The translations under genes were made by a program, and so were the position numbers. Positions 10,544 through 22,212 of a DNA stretch of 64,000 nucleotides are shown here, piece after piece. The stretch's first letter is position 1, and every line of letters starts with the position of its first letter. This DNA is from an uncultured Gammaproteobacteria bacterium (lineage in GTDB: Bacteria; Pseudomonadota; Gammaproteobacteria; UBA6002): NCBI GenBank assembly GCA_963705725.1, contig CAVPKM010000013.1:32001-96000 (forward strand). The letters run 5' to 3'. The notes beneath the pieces are model-generated. The model searched no databases and was not told where the DNA came from. It saw only the letters and a list, made by a program, of their open reading frames with translations.

Positions 10544-12295
10544 TTACATCACATTTGGAGCAGATACCCCGATAATTTGCAGGCTATTTGCTAGTACTAT
10601 TTTAATCGCAAAGATTAATCCTAATCTTGCATTTCTCATTGCCTCATCTGAAACGATAAATTTGCAAGCATTGTAATAGGCATGAAAGCGATTGGCTAAA
10701 TCTTGCAGGTAGTGTACCAGAATATAAGGCTCGTAATTGATGGCTGCTGCTTCTATCGTTTCTGGATATTGTGAAAGCAAGCGCAATAAATCTTTTTCAT
10801 TATCAGTAGTTAATAGATGAGAAAAGCGAGAGAGTGATACACTTTCAAAAGCAATCGCTTGATGTTCGAGCTGGCGCATGACGCTGCAAATTCGAGCATG
10901 AGCATATTGAATATAAAAAACGGGATTTTCGTTCGTTTTTGATTTTGCTAGTTCCAGATCAAAATCTAAATGTTGGTCCACTTTTCTTGTTAAATAAAAA
11001 AAGCGTGTGGCGTCATTACCCACTTCCTTGCGTAATTCGCGCAAGGTCACAAATACTCCGCCGCGAGTTGTCATTGGGATTTTTTGCTTGCCGCGATATA
11101 GTGCAACAAATTGCACGAGTTGAACGGTTAATTTACGCTCATCTTTGCCTACTGCTCGTAGAAAAGATTTAATTCGGGGAGCGTAACCATGATGATCAGC
11201 GCCGAAAATATCGACCATCAAGTCAAACCCTCTTTCGAATTTATTTAAATGATAACCAACATCTGAGGCAAAATAGGTGGCTTGACCATTGTCCCGGATG
11301 ACAACTCGATCTTTTTCATCGCCATAGGACGTCGCTTGAAACCAAGTTGCGCCATCGCGTACATAGATGCAGTGGTTCTGGTGTAGCTGATCAATGCCAT
11401 TTTGAACATCACCATTGTTCTCAAGGCTTTTCTCCGAGAACCATTCTTGAAAAGTGATGCCAAATTCAGCTAGATCTTCATGGATGTCAGTTAAAATTTG
11501 TTTAAGGCCAAGATTAAATAGGATTTCGTAGTCATTGCCTAGCAAGTTTTTAGTACGCGAAATCAAGGCATCGATATAAATTTCTTTATCGCCCTGACCA
11601 TCTTCAGTTTCATCAAGAGGCAGATCTTGAAAAATTTGGTGAATAGGTCTTAAAAATTTTTCTTGATGCAGAGATTTAACTACTTTTGCAACATCAATGA
11701 CATAGTTAGCAACGTAGCCATTTCTTGGAAAAGTAATCGACTCACCGAGTAGCTCAAGATATCTTAACCAAATACTGATGGCCAAAATATGCATTTGGCG
11801 CCCAGCATCATTCACGTAATACTCACGATGAACTTTATAGCCAACCGCTTCAAGTAAATTGGCTACGGTGGCTCCATAAGCTGCGTGCCTTCCGTGCCCA
11901 ACATGTAGCGGGCCAGTTGGATTGGCAGAAACAAATTCCACAATGGCTTTTTTCCCTGCGCCTAAGGAAGATTGACCATAGATACCATCCTGCTTAATGA
12001 TTTCAGCAATAATTTGTTGCAAAGCCTGATCTGTGAGATGAAAGTTGATAAAACCTGGCCCAGCCATTGCAACTTGTTTGATTTCTGCAGTAACCGGAAG
12101 ATGAGAAATAATTTTTTTGCCAAGGTCTTGGGGATTAATTTTTAATGTTTTTGCTAGAGCCATAGCCGTGTTGCAGGCAAAATCACCATGCTTGCTATCC
12201 CGAGTTCGTTCGATATGAATTTTCTCAGGCATATCCGATTCATTTAAAAATTGATGTAAACTTGCTCGTACTAAGCTTGCAATTTTTGCTTTCAT
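10544..12295 (-). CDS. argS: arginine--tRNA ligase
   Basis: EFVSANPTGPLHVGHGR, GADHHGY, NPVFYIQYAHARI; likely ATG at 12295. Confidence 0.98.
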   Translation of the reverse strand: MKAKIASLVRASLHQFLNESDMPEKIHIERTRDSKHGDFACNTAMALAKTLKINPQDLGKKIISHLPVTAEIKQVAMAGPGFINFHLTDQALQQIIAEIIKQDGIYGQSSLGAGKKAIVEFVSANPTGPLHVGHGRHAAYGATVANLLEAVGYKVHREYYVNDAGRQMHILAISIWLRYLELLGESITFPRNGYVANYVIDVAKVVKSLHQEKFLRPIHQIFQDLPLDETEDGQGDKEIYIDALISRTKNLLGNDYEILFNLGLKQILTDIHEDLAEFGITFQEWFSEKSLENNGDVQNGIDQLHQNHCIYVRDGATWFQATSYGDEKDRVVIRDNGQATYFASDVGYHLNKFERGFDLMVDIFGADHHGYAPRIKSFLRAVGKDERKLTVQLVQFVALYRGKQKIPMTTRGGVFVTLRELRKEVGNDATRFFYLTRKVDQHLDFDLELAKSKTNENPVFYIQYAHARICSVMRQLEHQAIAFESVSLSRFSHLLTTDNEKDLLRLLSQYPETIEAAAINYEPYILVHYLQDLANRFHAYYNACKFIVSDEAMRNARLGLIFAIKIVLANSLQIIGVSAPNVM

Positions 12296-12367
12296 GAGGT
12301 TTCTTCTTAATTCGGATAGACAGGCTGAAGCAAAGATTCTAACAGATAAAGCCAATAAATGGTGTAA

Positions 12368-13303
12368 CTATTCAATATCCGATCCTGGGTGAATGGATTT
12401 TAGGCGAGACCTTGCCCAATCATAGGGTGTTAAATAAACCTCATAAAGTTTTGCCTCTTGGCTGCCAGGGGTGGGTTGCCAATTATACTCCCAGGAAACC
12501 ATGGGAGGGAGGGAGATTAAAATAGATTCGATTCTGCCTGCTGACTGCAAGCCAAATAACGTGCCTCTATCATAAAGTAAGTTAAACTCCACGTAGCGAC
12601 CCCTGCGATAATGTTGAAATGCTTTTTGCGCTTCTCCATAGCCTATATCTTTGCGTTTATCAACAATTGGGAAATAAGCTTTGATAAAATGCTCCCCTGC
12701 GCTTTGCAAAAAATGAAAACAAGTTTCGAAATCCCAGCAATTAAGGTCATCAAAAAAAATTCCGCCAATTCCTCTTGGTTCATTGCGATGTGTTAAAAAG
12801 AAATAGTCATCGGCCCATTGTTTATATTGAGGATAAACGGCTTTGCCAAAAGGATCGCATGCCTGCTTTGCGGTTTGATGCCAATGAATACAATCTTCAT
12901 CAAATCCATAATAAGGCGTAAGATCAAAACCGCCACCAAACCACCAATCCGCGTTGTCGCCTGTTTGAAAGAAACGAAAATTGGCGTGGCAAGTCGGCAC
13001 ATAAGGATTTTCAGGGTGAATAATAGTAGAGAGGCCGACAGCGTGAAAGCTGGTGCCTTTAAGAGCAGGGCGAAGCTTCGAAGCGGAGGCAGGAAGCTCA
13101 GTGCCCCAGACATGAGAGAAATTAATGCCGGCTTTTTCAAATAGACTGCCTTTTGTAATTGCAAGAGTTTTTCCGCCTCCACCTTGCGCTCGTTGCCAGT
13201 CTTCTTCGCATATTTGAACTTGTTCATCTCTTTGTTGGATTGAGCTTAATATTTCCTGTTGTAGTTTCAATAAATAATTTTTGACTGCTTCTACCTTAAC
13301 CAT
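12368..13303 (-). CDS. hemF: oxygen-dependent coproporphyrinogen III oxidase
   Basis: [41 protein letters not shown]. Confidence 0.98.
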   Translation of the reverse strand: MVKVEAVKNYLLKLQQEILSSIQQRDEQVQICEEDWQRAQGGGGKTLAITKGSLFEKAGINFSHVWGTELPASASKLRPALKGTSFHAVGLSTIIHPENPYVPTCHANFRFFQTGDNADWWFGGGFDLTPYYGFDEDCIHWHQTAKQACDPFGKAVYPQYKQWADDYFFLTHRNEPRGIGGIFFDDLNCWDFETCFHFLQSAGEHFIKAYFPIVDKRKDIGYGEAQKAFQHYRRGRYVEFNLLYDRGTLFGLQSAGRIESILISLPPMVSWEYNWQPTPGSQEAKLYEVYLTPYDWARSRLKSIHPGSDIE

Positions 13304-13304
13304 C

Positions 13305-15683
13305 CTAAAATAACTCCTCTCCTTCTTCTTGTGTGTCCTTTTTTTCTGTTGTTAGAGCGGGTTCTTCAGCGTTTTCCTTTTTCTCAAGATTGGGTTTATC
13401 GAGTTCAAGTGAAGTATTGATATCCTCATCTGTATTTTCCGATGCCTCGCTTGGCGGCTCAATTTTTTCAACAGGGGCTTCTTTCTTTGTAGGTGGTGCA
13501 TTATCGTCATTGGGTAAGTGCGCTTTATCGAATAATTCATCAATACCAATTGGGTTGGTATCATCAGTAAAGCCATTTCGATTAAGACGAATTTTTATAA
13601 TATTAGGCGGTTGGCTGAGTGTATGTTCTGGCTTGCCACTTAATGCTGCTCGCATGAAATCAATCCAAATGGGCAAGGCCGCATCTGCACCATATTCAGC
13701 GAGCGAACGTTGCTGGTCAAAGCCCACCCAAACTGTGGTTACAATATCGCTATTATATCCCGCAAACCAACCATCCATTTGATCGTTTGTTGTGCCTGTC
13801 TTGCCCGCAATATCCTGACGATTTAAGACTGAGGCTCGTCGTCCAGTGCCTTGGCGAATCACATCTTGTAGCGCGCTGTTCATCAAATAGGCATTTTCAG
13901 GAGTGATAGCCCTTTCTAAAGAAGGAGGATTAGCATGGTAGACTTCCATGCCATTATCATCATCAATATGATCGATGAAATAAGGTTTTATGCGATAACC
14001 GCCATTAGCAAAAGTGGCGTAGCCAGATGCAAGTTGAATAGGAGTGGCGGAATTTGTTCCCAATGCTAAGGTTAAATTTTTTGGCATATCATTAGGGTCA
14101 AAACCAAACAAGCTGGCATATTGAATAGCGTAAGGCACGCCAATTTCTTGCAGCAAGCGAATAGAAACCGTATTGCGAGAATGCACCAGGCCAAAGCGTA
14201 AGCGCGTTGGACCGTAAAATTTCAGATTTGAATTTTGAGGTCGCCAGGCAGTATTTGAGCCTGTGGTATAAAGCTCAATGGGCGCGTCGTCAATAATGCT
14301 TGCCCAAGTGAATCCTTTTTCTAATGCGGCAGAGTAAACGAATGGCTTAAAACTTGATCCAGGTTGGCGCTTGGCTTGGGTGGCTCGGTTATAGGGGCTT
14401 TGATTAAAAGAAAAACCACCGGTTAGCGCAAGAATCATACCGGTAGAAGGATCAAGTGAAACAAGGGCAGCTTCAGCTCTAGGTATCTGCGTGAGCGCCC
14501 AGCCGTTTGGTAGGCGCTTGACTCGAACAATGTCTCCTCTTGAGAGTTTATTCTTTGTCCAGTCGGTTGCTTCAATTGTTATTTTCATGCGGTTAGCCAG
14601 CATTCCGGTGATGCTATGCTGGGTGGTGATAATCACTGCAGGAATCATCCCGTTGATGGTTGGCGTTTTTCTTAATTTAACTAGCCATTGAGAAGGCTTG
14701 GCGATATGTCTTTCAACGCCATGAAAGCCATGGCGCTTATCATAATTGATCAAACCATTTTTCAGTGCTTCATTTGCTGCAGTTTGTAAGCGTGAATCGA
14801 TTGTCGTATAAACTTTTAATCCACTTGTGTAAGCGGCGTCCCCGTATGCTTCAAGCATGGCCGCTCTTACCATCTCGCCGACATAAGGCGCTTCCATCGT
14901 TTTGTTGCGATTATGTAATTTTGCATTGACGGGAGAGGTGATCGCGGAATCAAATTCCCGCTGGCTAATGTAGCGATTAGCTAGCATGCGCTCTAAAACA
15001 TGATTGCGTCTTTCAAGAGCACCTTTGGGATTGTCGATCGGGTTATCTCGAGAAGGGGCTTGTGGCAAGCCAGCAAGCAAGGCAATTTCAGAAAGGTTCA
15101 AATCCTTTAAAGATTTGCCAAAATAGACCTCTGCCGCAGCTGCAACGCCGTAAGTTCGCTGACCCAGATAAATTTTGTTTAAGTAAAGTTCAAGTACCTT
15201 TTCCTTGCTGAGCGTCGCATCAATTTTTAGCGCTAATAAAATTTCGTTTAACTTTCTGCCATAGGTTTTTTGTCTCGAAAGAAAGAAGTTTCTTGCTACC
15301 TGCATGGTGATGGTGCTGGCACCTTGCGATTTGCGACCGGTGACAAGCAACTCTCGAGTAGCGCGTACCAAACCAATTAGGTCTACACCAGGATGCTCGT
15401 AGTAACGTTGATCTTCGGTAGCTAGGACGCCCTGGACAAGGCGTCGTGGTATTTCGTTAAGACTGACAGGGATGCGATGATTTTCTCCATATTCTGCGAT
15501 TAACTTGCCATCTTTGGTAAAAACGCGTAGCGGAACCTGCAATTGCATATTTTTTAAAGCGCTAACATCGGGTAACTGAAGGTAGATAAAGAAAATAATG
15601 CAGCCGATTGCTAGGACGCTGGTGATTAGCAGGCTAAAGAAGGTAAGAAAGCTACTTTTTATTATTTTTTGTATTATTTTCAT
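13305..15683 (-). CDS. mrcA: penicillin-binding protein 1A
   Basis: [20 protein letters not shown] (transglycosylase); [15 protein letters not shown] (transpeptidase); divergent from pilM. Confidence 0.95.
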   Translation of the reverse strand: MKIIQKIIKSSFLTFFSLLITSVLAIGCIIFFIYLQLPDVSALKNMQLQVPLRVFTKDGKLIAEYGENHRIPVSLNEIPRRLVQGVLATEDQRYYEHPGVDLIGLVRATRELLVTGRKSQGASTITMQVARNFFLSRQKTYGRKLNEILLALKIDATLSKEKVLELYLNKIYLGQRTYGVAAAAEVYFGKSLKDLNLSEIALLAGLPQAPSRDNPIDNPKGALERRNHVLERMLANRYISQREFDSAITSPVNAKLHNRNKTMEAPYVGEMVRAAMLEAYGDAAYTSGLKVYTTIDSRLQTAANEALKNGLINYDKRHGFHGVERHIAKPSQWLVKLRKTPTINGMIPAVIITTQHSITGMLANRMKITIEATDWTKNKLSRGDIVRVKRLPNGWALTQIPRAEAALVSLDPSTGMILALTGGFSFNQSPYNRATQAKRQPGSSFKPFVYSAALEKGFTWASIIDDAPIELYTTGSNTAWRPQNSNLKFYGPTRLRFGLVHSRNTVSIRLLQEIGVPYAIQYASLFGFDPNDMPKNLTLALGTNSATPIQLASGYATFANGGYRIKPYFIDHIDDDNGMEVYHANPPSLERAITPENAYLMNSALQDVIRQGTGRRASVLNRQDIAGKTGTTNDQMDGWFAGYNSDIVTTVWVGFDQQRSLAEYGADAALPIWIDFMRAALSGKPEHTLSQPPNIIKIRLNRNGFTDDTNPIGIDELFDKAHLPNDDNAPPTKKEAPVEKIEPPSEASENTDEDINTSLELDKPNLEKKENAEEPALTTEKKDTQEEGEELF

Positions 15684-15885
15684 GTTAATTTTAGCTTTTT
15701 ACTCGTTTATATTTAGGGATTTTTGAAAGATTTGTTTTTGTAGCGCTTGCGAATTAATACGCTATTTATTTTATTAATTAAGGACAATCATTTTAACATA
15801 AAAAATATTCTTTCACTAAGAAAAGCATGTAGGTTACCCCGTATTTTTAGCGAGTTGTTATGAGTGTTTAATGGAATAAAATAAG

Positions 15886-16740
15886 GTGATGTATGCAATA
15901 GAGCTGAGCCAGATGAAAATAGGAACGCGCAAAGAAAATACCATAATAGGCATGAGCGTGAATAAAACACATTTGTTTTATTCACTAGTCGGACATCATA
16001 AAAATGAACAAGTGCTGCTCAATCAAGGATCAGTCAAGATAGAAGAAACAGAAAAATTACTCGATCATATTAAGTCTTCATTCGATTTTCCTTGTTACTT
16101 AGCGGTCCCTCATTCGTTCATGATGTCAAAAATTTTGCATTTCACAGAGGAGTTTAAGGAAGCGGAGATTTTAAATCTTCTGACTTTTAATGCTGAGCAG
16201 TATTTTTCTTGTCCTAGAGAAGAAATTTGTTTCGACTTTGAGTTTATTAATCATACAAAAAAAGACATTCGAGTAATAGCGGGTAAAAAAGAGTACATTG
16301 CAAACTGGAAAAAATTATTTTTAAGTAAAAAACTTAAGTTAAAAGTGATAAGCATTGATTTTATTGCAGTAGAGCGCTTGTTATTAAATTTGAAACTGAA
16401 TGACAATCAGGTTTACGCGATTTTTTTATGGCAGAATTTTGAGTTGGTGCAAATAATATTCGCAGAAGGGCGAGCGCTTTTTTATCAAAACTGTCTCATT
16501 CCAGAAGGCAACATGCAAAGCTTAGCACAGGAAATAACTCAATTTCTGCGTTTATATGAAATGAAAAAAATAAAAGTAAATGTTGTCTCACAAATAGTAT
16601 TGTTAGGCTTTGATGAAGAAATGATTGAAAAATTTCAAAATCAATACGCCTTAAATATTCTAGATACTTCAAAATTCAAAAAAAAATTTTTTATTGGCGC
16701 TTCGTGTCTTTTGTCAATTGGTATGGTGATTAAATGTTAA
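15886..16740 (+). CDS. pilM: type IV pilus/competence assembly protein PilM-like (divergent)
   Basis: AEQYFSCPREEICFDFE, LKLKVISIDFIA; first gene of the mrcA-divergent pilM-Q-aroK operon. Confidence 0.7.
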   Translation: MMYAIELSQMKIGTRKENTIIGMSVNKTHLFYSLVGHHKNEQVLLNQGSVKIEETEKLLDHIKSSFDFPCYLAVPHSFMMSKILHFTEEFKEAEILNLLTFNAEQYFSCPREEICFDFEFINHTKKDIRVIAGKKEYIANWKKLFLSKKLKLKVISIDFIAVERLLLNLKLNDNQVYAIFLWQNFELVQIIFAEGRALFYQNCLIPEGNMQSLAQEITQFLRLYEMKKIKVNVVSQIVLLGFDEEMIEKFQNQYALNILDTSKFKKKFFIGASCLLSIGMVIKC

Positions 16741-17252
16741 ATCTATTGCCTTGGCGAGAAGAAAAGCAAAAAAAAATTAAAAAAGTTTTATGGATGGGAT
16801 TGGTTATTACCATAATGCTATCTGCTATAGCGACGCATTGTGTCCGAAAATCGTGCGAAGAAAAAACCGAAAAACTAAAACAATCAAATGAAATTTTAAA
16901 AACAAAATTACAGGCATGCCGTATTAGTAATGAAAATTTTTCAAAAGAATTAATCAAGTATCGCAGGCCATTAATTAAGGAAAAATTAAAAAATAGGCAG
17001 ATCGAGGTTTCGCGTTTGCTCACTTTAGTTACTGCAGCTTTTCCTGAAAATGGAAAGGCGGAATATGTCTTATTTACTGATAAAGGGTTGGTGGTAAATG
17101 GGGTGTTAAATAATGCGAATCAAGAGTCATTAAACAATTTTGTGAAAAAACTTCAGATTAACTATAAAAAAAATATTGCCATTATAAAAAATATTAAACA
17201 TGAGGAAACGGTGTGTTTCACGATAGGGTTTAGCTTAAAAGGAACGACTTAA
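16734..17252 (+). CDS. pilN: PilN-like protein
   Basis: NLLPWRE N-terminal motif, TM helix, coiled coil. Confidence 0.8.
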   Translation: MLNLLPWREEKQKKIKKVLWMGLVITIMLSAIATHCVRKSCEEKTEKLKQSNEILKTKLQACRISNENFSKELIKYRRPLIKEKLKNRQIEVSRLLTLVTAAFPENGKAEYVLFTDKGLVVNGVLNNANQESLNNFVKKLQINYKKNIAIIKNIKHEETVCFTIGFSLKGTT

Positions 17253-17716
17253 TGACCAAATCCTTCTTTTCTAATAAATTATGGATGTTCGCTATCCTTA
17301 TTTTATTTCAATGGCTGGTTGAATATACGTTGCTGATTTCAAAATACAAAAATTCTCTTGCGGAGAATAAATTAATCAATGGTCAATTGAAGGAAAAAAT
17401 AACCGTATTAAATAAGGTTAACAAAGAAAAATTTAATCAATTATTAGCGTGTAGCCAAGCTAGAGTATATGAAAAATTTCATAGGGATTCAAAAAAAATT
17501 AAATTATTGTTGCAAGAGATGGCAAGAAATTCAGGCTTATCAATGGAGGAATTAAATAAAAATGAGCAAGGTTATTTTATGTTAATGAGAGGGAGTTGGA
17601 ATCAATTTTTAGATTTTTATCATCGCTGTGGTAAGGAAAGCATCCTTATTTCAGATTTTATTGTAAGTGATGGTGAGCAAGATTTATCTATCTATCTGAA
17701 AATTGATCAACAATGA
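17252..17716 (+). CDS. PilO-like protein
   Basis: TM plus coiled coil, MARNSGL, MRGSWNQFLDF; operon position. Confidence 0.6.
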   Translation: MTKSFFSNKLWMFAILILFQWLVEYTLLISKYKNSLAENKLINGQLKEKITVLNKVNKEKFNQLLACSQARVYEKFHRDSKKIKLLLQEMARNSGLSMEELNKNEQGYFMLMRGSWNQFLDFYHRCGKESILISDFIVSDGEQDLSIYLKIDQQ

Positions 17717-18018
17717 AATGGTTGGTGAGTTTGTCATTATTAATCGCCGCCTGTCCTGGATTTTCGATGAGAAATATTTTTAAGCAAGAACGGCAAATGA
17801 TTTTCAAATCAATTATAGAAATTTCTCCAGATCACTTACATATGATCGGTTATTTAAAATCTGAAAATCTGCTATGTGCGTTTTTGGAGGATAATATGGG
17901 TAGCATTTATCCTGTAAAATTAGGTCACGCAATTGGTGGAGAAAAGTATCAGGTAATGAAAATTGAAAAACAGCGAGTCCTACTTTTTAATGGTCAACAT
18001 TTTACTGTTATCCAATGA
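17713..18018 (+). CDS. PilP-like protein
   Basis: LHMIGYL..AFLED..IYPVKLGHAIG..VMKI; operon position. Confidence 0.65.
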   Translation: MKWLVSLSLLIAACPGFSMRNIFKQERQMIFKSIIEISPDHLHMIGYLKSENLLCAFLEDNMGSIYPVKLGHAIGGEKYQVMKIEKQRVLLFNGQHFTVIQ

Positions 18019-19223
18019 TAAAAACTCTGCTAGCTTTATTTTTATTTTTTATCATTTCTCAATCGCTGGCCCTTGAAAATCAAGCTCATTTAGTTGATAT
18101 GGATTTTCAAAAAATTTCTGTGCGGGAGTTGTTGCAATTTCTTGCAGAATCAATGAATAGTAATTTAATTATGAGTGAAAATGTATCTGGATTCATTTCC
18201 ATCCATCTTAAAAATGTGACTTGGAAACAAGCTTTCGACGGTGTTTTAGAAATGATGGGGCTGGTTAAGAGAGAACTTGAAAATTTGTTATTGGTTGGCA
18301 CCCCCAATGAATTTTTATTAAGACAAAAACGTTTAGCAGAAGCGGTTCCTGTTACCTTTTTTGAATTTAGTCTTAAACATGTTGATGTCATGTTAGCGGA
18401 AACTTTGCTTCGTTCTCAGAGTGACATATTTTCGACAAATTTAAAAATAACTGCGATGCCACTTACTAATAAGTTGATAATTAAAGATACCGTAAACAAT
18501 ATTCCGCAATTAAAAACTTTATTGAAAGAAATTGATCAACCAGTTAAGCAAATTATTATTCAGGCAAAAATCATTAATATTGATAACAGCAAGGTTCAAG
18601 AGCTTGGCTTGCATTTCAATGAAAAATCTTCAAAAAAAACTAAGAAGTCAATGCCGCTTTCCTTGCCTACATCCGTGGTAAGTGGATTACATTTTGCTGT
18701 TGCATCAGCTGCCCAAAACCCCTTGCTGAATTTACAATTAGACGCATTGCAAGCAGCGGGTCATAGTGCGCTAATAGCTGACCCAAAAATTATTACACAG
18801 AATAGAAAACAAGCGTTAATCGAATCAGGTGAAGAAATTCCTTATCAAGAAAGTACTTCAAGTGGTGCAACCAACACTACTTTTAAAAAAGCCGTGCTTT
18901 GTCTAAAAGTTAAGCCTTTGCTCTTGCCAGATGGAAGAATTAACATGGAGCTCGAAGTTAATCAAAATAAAGTTTCTACCCTCGCGGTGAATGGTACTCC
19001 AGCAATTCAAACACAAGAGGTAAAAGCAGAAGTCACGATTAGGGAAGGAGAAACAGTGGTATTGGGAGGGATTTTTGAAAAAGCTGCAACCTTAAATAAA
19101 AATGAACTGCCATTTATATCCAGACTGCCTGTTGTTGGTGTGTTATTTTCTCATCAGCATGAGAGCATCAAGACTAAGCAGTTGTTAATTTTAATTACAC
19201 CTACGATAATGAATAACGATTAG
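18015..19223 (+). CDS. pilQ: secretin PilQ/HofQ (short form)
   Basis: STN/N domains, QIIIQAKI, IESGEEIPY, GETVVLGGIF, LPVVGVLF, LLILITP. Confidence 0.9.
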   Translation: MIKTLLALFLFFIISQSLALENQAHLVDMDFQKISVRELLQFLAESMNSNLIMSENVSGFISIHLKNVTWKQAFDGVLEMMGLVKRELENLLLVGTPNEFLLRQKRLAEAVPVTFFEFSLKHVDVMLAETLLRSQSDIFSTNLKITAMPLTNKLIIKDTVNNIPQLKTLLKEIDQPVKQIIIQAKIINIDNSKVQELGLHFNEKSSKKTKKSMPLSLPTSVVSGLHFAVASAAQNPLLNLQLDALQAAGHSALIADPKIITQNRKQALIESGEEIPYQESTSSGATNTTFKKAVLCLKVKPLLLPDGRINMELEVNQNKVSTLAVNGTPAIQTQEVKAEVTIREGETVVLGGIFEKAATLNKNELPFISRLPVVGVLFSHQHESIKTKQLLILITPTIMNND

Positions 19224-19247
19224 CAGGTAAGATCAATTGGTAATAAT

Positions 19248-19774
19248 ATGCAAGATTCCCAAACTAATAATATATTTCTAGTGGGCCCGATGGGGGCAGG
19301 TAAAACCTCTGTTGGAAAGTTGCTCGCAAAAATATTGAATGTTCCTTTCTTTGATTCAGATCAGGTGATCGAAGCACAAACAGGTGCCGATATCCCTTGG
19401 ATTTTTGATGTGGAAGGTGAGGAGGGGTTTCGGAAGCGAGAAGAGAAAATCGTCGATGATTTAAGTAAAAAAAAGGGATTGTTCTCGCAACGGGGGGTGG
19501 AGTGGTACTTAAGGCTGATAATCGTCGTCATCTTGCTGGGCGAGGAACAGTTATTTATTTGCATGTCAGTATCGAGGAGCAACTGAATCGTACTTATCGT
19601 AGTCGAAATCGGCCGCTCCTATTAAAGCAACCCAACCTCAAAGCCATTCTTGAAAAGTTGCACTTAGAAAGGGATTCGCTTTATGAGCAAATAGCAGATC
19701 ATATCATTGACACGGATCATGGTTCTCTTAAGGGAATTGTTGATTCCATTTTAACTCGAGTGAAAAAAACATGA
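19248..19774 (+). CDS. aroK: shikimate kinase (frameshift at the A8 tract 19467-19474)
   Basis: [25 protein letters not shown], then VLATGGG..NRPLL in the shifted frame. Confidence 0.9.
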
Positions 19775-20858
19775 TCACACCAATTAAGCTAATAGTGAAT
19801 TTAGCAGGGCAAACTTATCCTGTTTATATAGGAGAGGATCTATTCAATCGAAATTTGCTCCACCCCTATATTTTAGCTGAGCAAGTATTAGTCGTGACGA
19901 ATGAGAAGGTCGCGCCCTTATATTTAGCCAAATTAAGGCAGGCGCTTTCCCATTATCAATATAATGAAATTATTCTCCCTGATGGAGAAGTTAACAAGAC
20001 CTTGCCAGTTGCTAATCAAATTTTTGACCAACTTGTTGAGCTTGCATATCGCCGGTAATGCTACATTAATTGCATTGCGGAGGCGGAGTAATCGGTGATT
20101 TGACAGGATTTGTGGCTGCTTGCTACCAGCGTGGTGTTAACTATATTCAACTCCCTACGACCTTACTTAGCCAGGTGGATGCGGCCATCGGTGGGAAAAC
20201 CGCGGTGAATCATCCCTTGGCAAAAAATATGATTGGGGCATTTCATCAGCCAAGGGCTGTGTTAATTGATATTCATACCTTGCAGACCCTTCCATTTCGT
20301 GAATATAAATCAGGCATTGCGGAAATTATTAAAGCGGCATTAATCAGTGATGAAGAATTTTTTTGTTGGTTAGAGTCTAATTTGGAGAGAGTGCTTAATC
20401 GAGAAACCTCTGCCTTGATTTATGCGATTCAACAAGCTGCTGCAATCAAAATAAAAATAATTACCGCCGATGAAAAGGAAAAAGGGGTAAGAGCTTTTTT
20501 GAATTTAGGTCACACCTTTGCGCATGCAATTGAAAATTCTCTTGGCTACGGAGTGTGGTTGCATGGAGAAGCAGTCGCCGTGGGATTAGTTTTGGCGGTA
20601 GATTTGTCAATACGTTTAGGCTGGATTAATCAGTCAATAGGGGATCGAGTCAGAAAAATTTTGATGTCGGCAGATTTACCGATTAACTTACCAAGCGAAA
20701 TCTCAGTCGATCAGCTGATTGCGGCTATGAATAAAGATAAAAAGAAAGAAGCAGAAGCCATAAAATTTGTATTACTTAAAGAAATTGGACAGCCTATATT
20801 AAGTGCCAATCTAGATCAATCCTTGCTTGAGCGCATCTTGACTGAAAATCAAATTTGA
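19771..20858 (+). CDS. aroB: 3-dehydroquinate synthase (indels near 20053-20078)
   Basis: LPDGE, GGGVIGDLTGF, PTTLLSQVDAAIGGKT, LNLGHTFAHAIE, HGEAVA. Confidence 0.92.
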
Positions 20859-20881
20859 ACGTGAGAACGGAAAAGAGAAAA

Positions 20882-21520
20882 ATGTTATCCACTAAAGTAT
20901 TGATCGATAATGGGCCTGTTGGGAACATTGAGGCGGTAATTGAGGCGCCGAGCTCCAAAAAAAAATTAGTTGGAATCATTTGCCACCCTCATCCCTTGCA
21001 TGGCGGAACCATGAGCAACAAGGTGGTGACAACCGTTGTTCGTGCTTTTCAGCGATTGGACATTGTTCCCATTCGTTTTAATTTTCGTGGCGTCGGTCAA
21101 AGTGAGGGTAAGCACGACTATAGTCATGGGGAGCAGGATGACCTAAAGTCAGTGATTTCATGGGCAAGACAAAATTTTGAAGATTATCAGCTAATCTTGG
21201 CTGGATTTTCATTTGGAGCTTTTATTGCGGCTAAGGTTGCAAGTGAAATTCCTCCAAAAGCGCTGATTACCATTGCTCCCGCAGTGAATCATAGCCCGTA
21301 TGAAAATCTCCCTGCATTTGATTTTCCTTGGATTGTGGTTCAGGGAGAGGCAGATGAGGTGGTGCCTGCTTCTACAGTGTTTGACTGGCTAGCAAAACTT
21401 CACCCTCAGCCAATCACTATTCGTATGCCAGGGGTGAGCCATTTTTTCCACGGCCATCTAATCGAACTACGCGATAGTTTAATTGAAAAGCTTGCGCCGA
21501 TTATTGACCCTCGCGCCTAG
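20882..21520 (+). CDS. alpha/beta hydrolase
   Basis: CHPHPLHGGTMSNKVV, RFNFRGVG, GFSFG nucleophile elbow, DEVV, SHFFHG. Confidence 0.9.
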   Translation: MLSTKVLIDNGPVGNIEAVIEAPSSKKKLVGIICHPHPLHGGTMSNKVVTTVVRAFQRLDIVPIRFNFRGVGQSEGKHDYSHGEQDDLKSVISWARQNFEDYQLILAGFSFGAFIAAKVASEIPPKALITIAPAVNHSPYENLPAFDFPWIVVQGEADEVVPASTVFDWLAKLHPQPITIRMPGVSHFFHGHLIELRDSLIEKLAPIIDPRA

Positions 21521-21592
21521 CTAATCAGAAAAGATTTTGTGTTCGTTAAATGTAAAAGCTACAATCAATAAAATAAAACATGAGAGTAGTTT

Positions 21593-22189
21593 GTGCCTAA
21601 AGATGACGATACTTTATTAACGGATTTTGCGAAAGTAGTGTGGGGTAAAAGAGCAGAAGGGTTGCCCGTGCCAGAGCTCAGACTAGATTCAGAAATCGGT
21701 CCTCAAGAAATGGAAAATCTTAAGCTGCGCTCTGCGTTTGTTCAAATCTTAAATCCCAAAAAAGTCGACGAATTTGAGGCTGCTAAATTAGTAAAGCCAC
21801 AAACTGGCTGGATAATAATAGATTATCGGTGTGCGCTTTCTGCCTCTGCTGGTGATGAGCTTCCATCGCATGGCAAGTATACGCGTGAGGCGGATGGATC
21901 GTTAATTCGGCTTTGTACCGGCAAGGGAACCCTAATCAAACAAATTGTGGATACTGCCACCGAGATGGTACGTTTGGTTCATGACAGAGGTTGGGATGTG
22001 GTACACATGGTAGATGGTCACCCGCTCATGATGTGGGCAATTTGGAAAGCCTGCCAAGAGTTGCAGATTTTGGTATCAGGTTATGTGCCTTCACTTGAAG
22101 AAGAAGAGAAGTATCGGCGCATCAAACGATATTGCGCCAATACACTGCTCATGCAATCAGAAAAACCCGCCGTTAAACCGCAATTTTAA
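21593..22189 (+). CDS. hypothetical protein, LvgA/LPD7-like
   Basis: Motif run FVQILNP..WIIIDY..LSAS..TATEMVRLV..RGW..DGH..AIW..VSGYVP. Confidence 0.7.
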   Translation: MPKDDDTLLTDFAKVVWGKRAEGLPVPELRLDSEIGPQEMENLKLRSAFVQILNPKKVDEFEAAKLVKPQTGWIIIDYRCALSASAGDELPSHGKYTREADGSLIRLCTGKGTLIKQIVDTATEMVRLVHDRGWDVVHMVDGHPLMMWAIWKACQELQILVSGYVPSLEEEEKYRRIKRYCANTLLMQSEKPAVKPQF

Positions 22190-22212
22190 GGCATTCTTGC
22201 GCGATGATGGTC

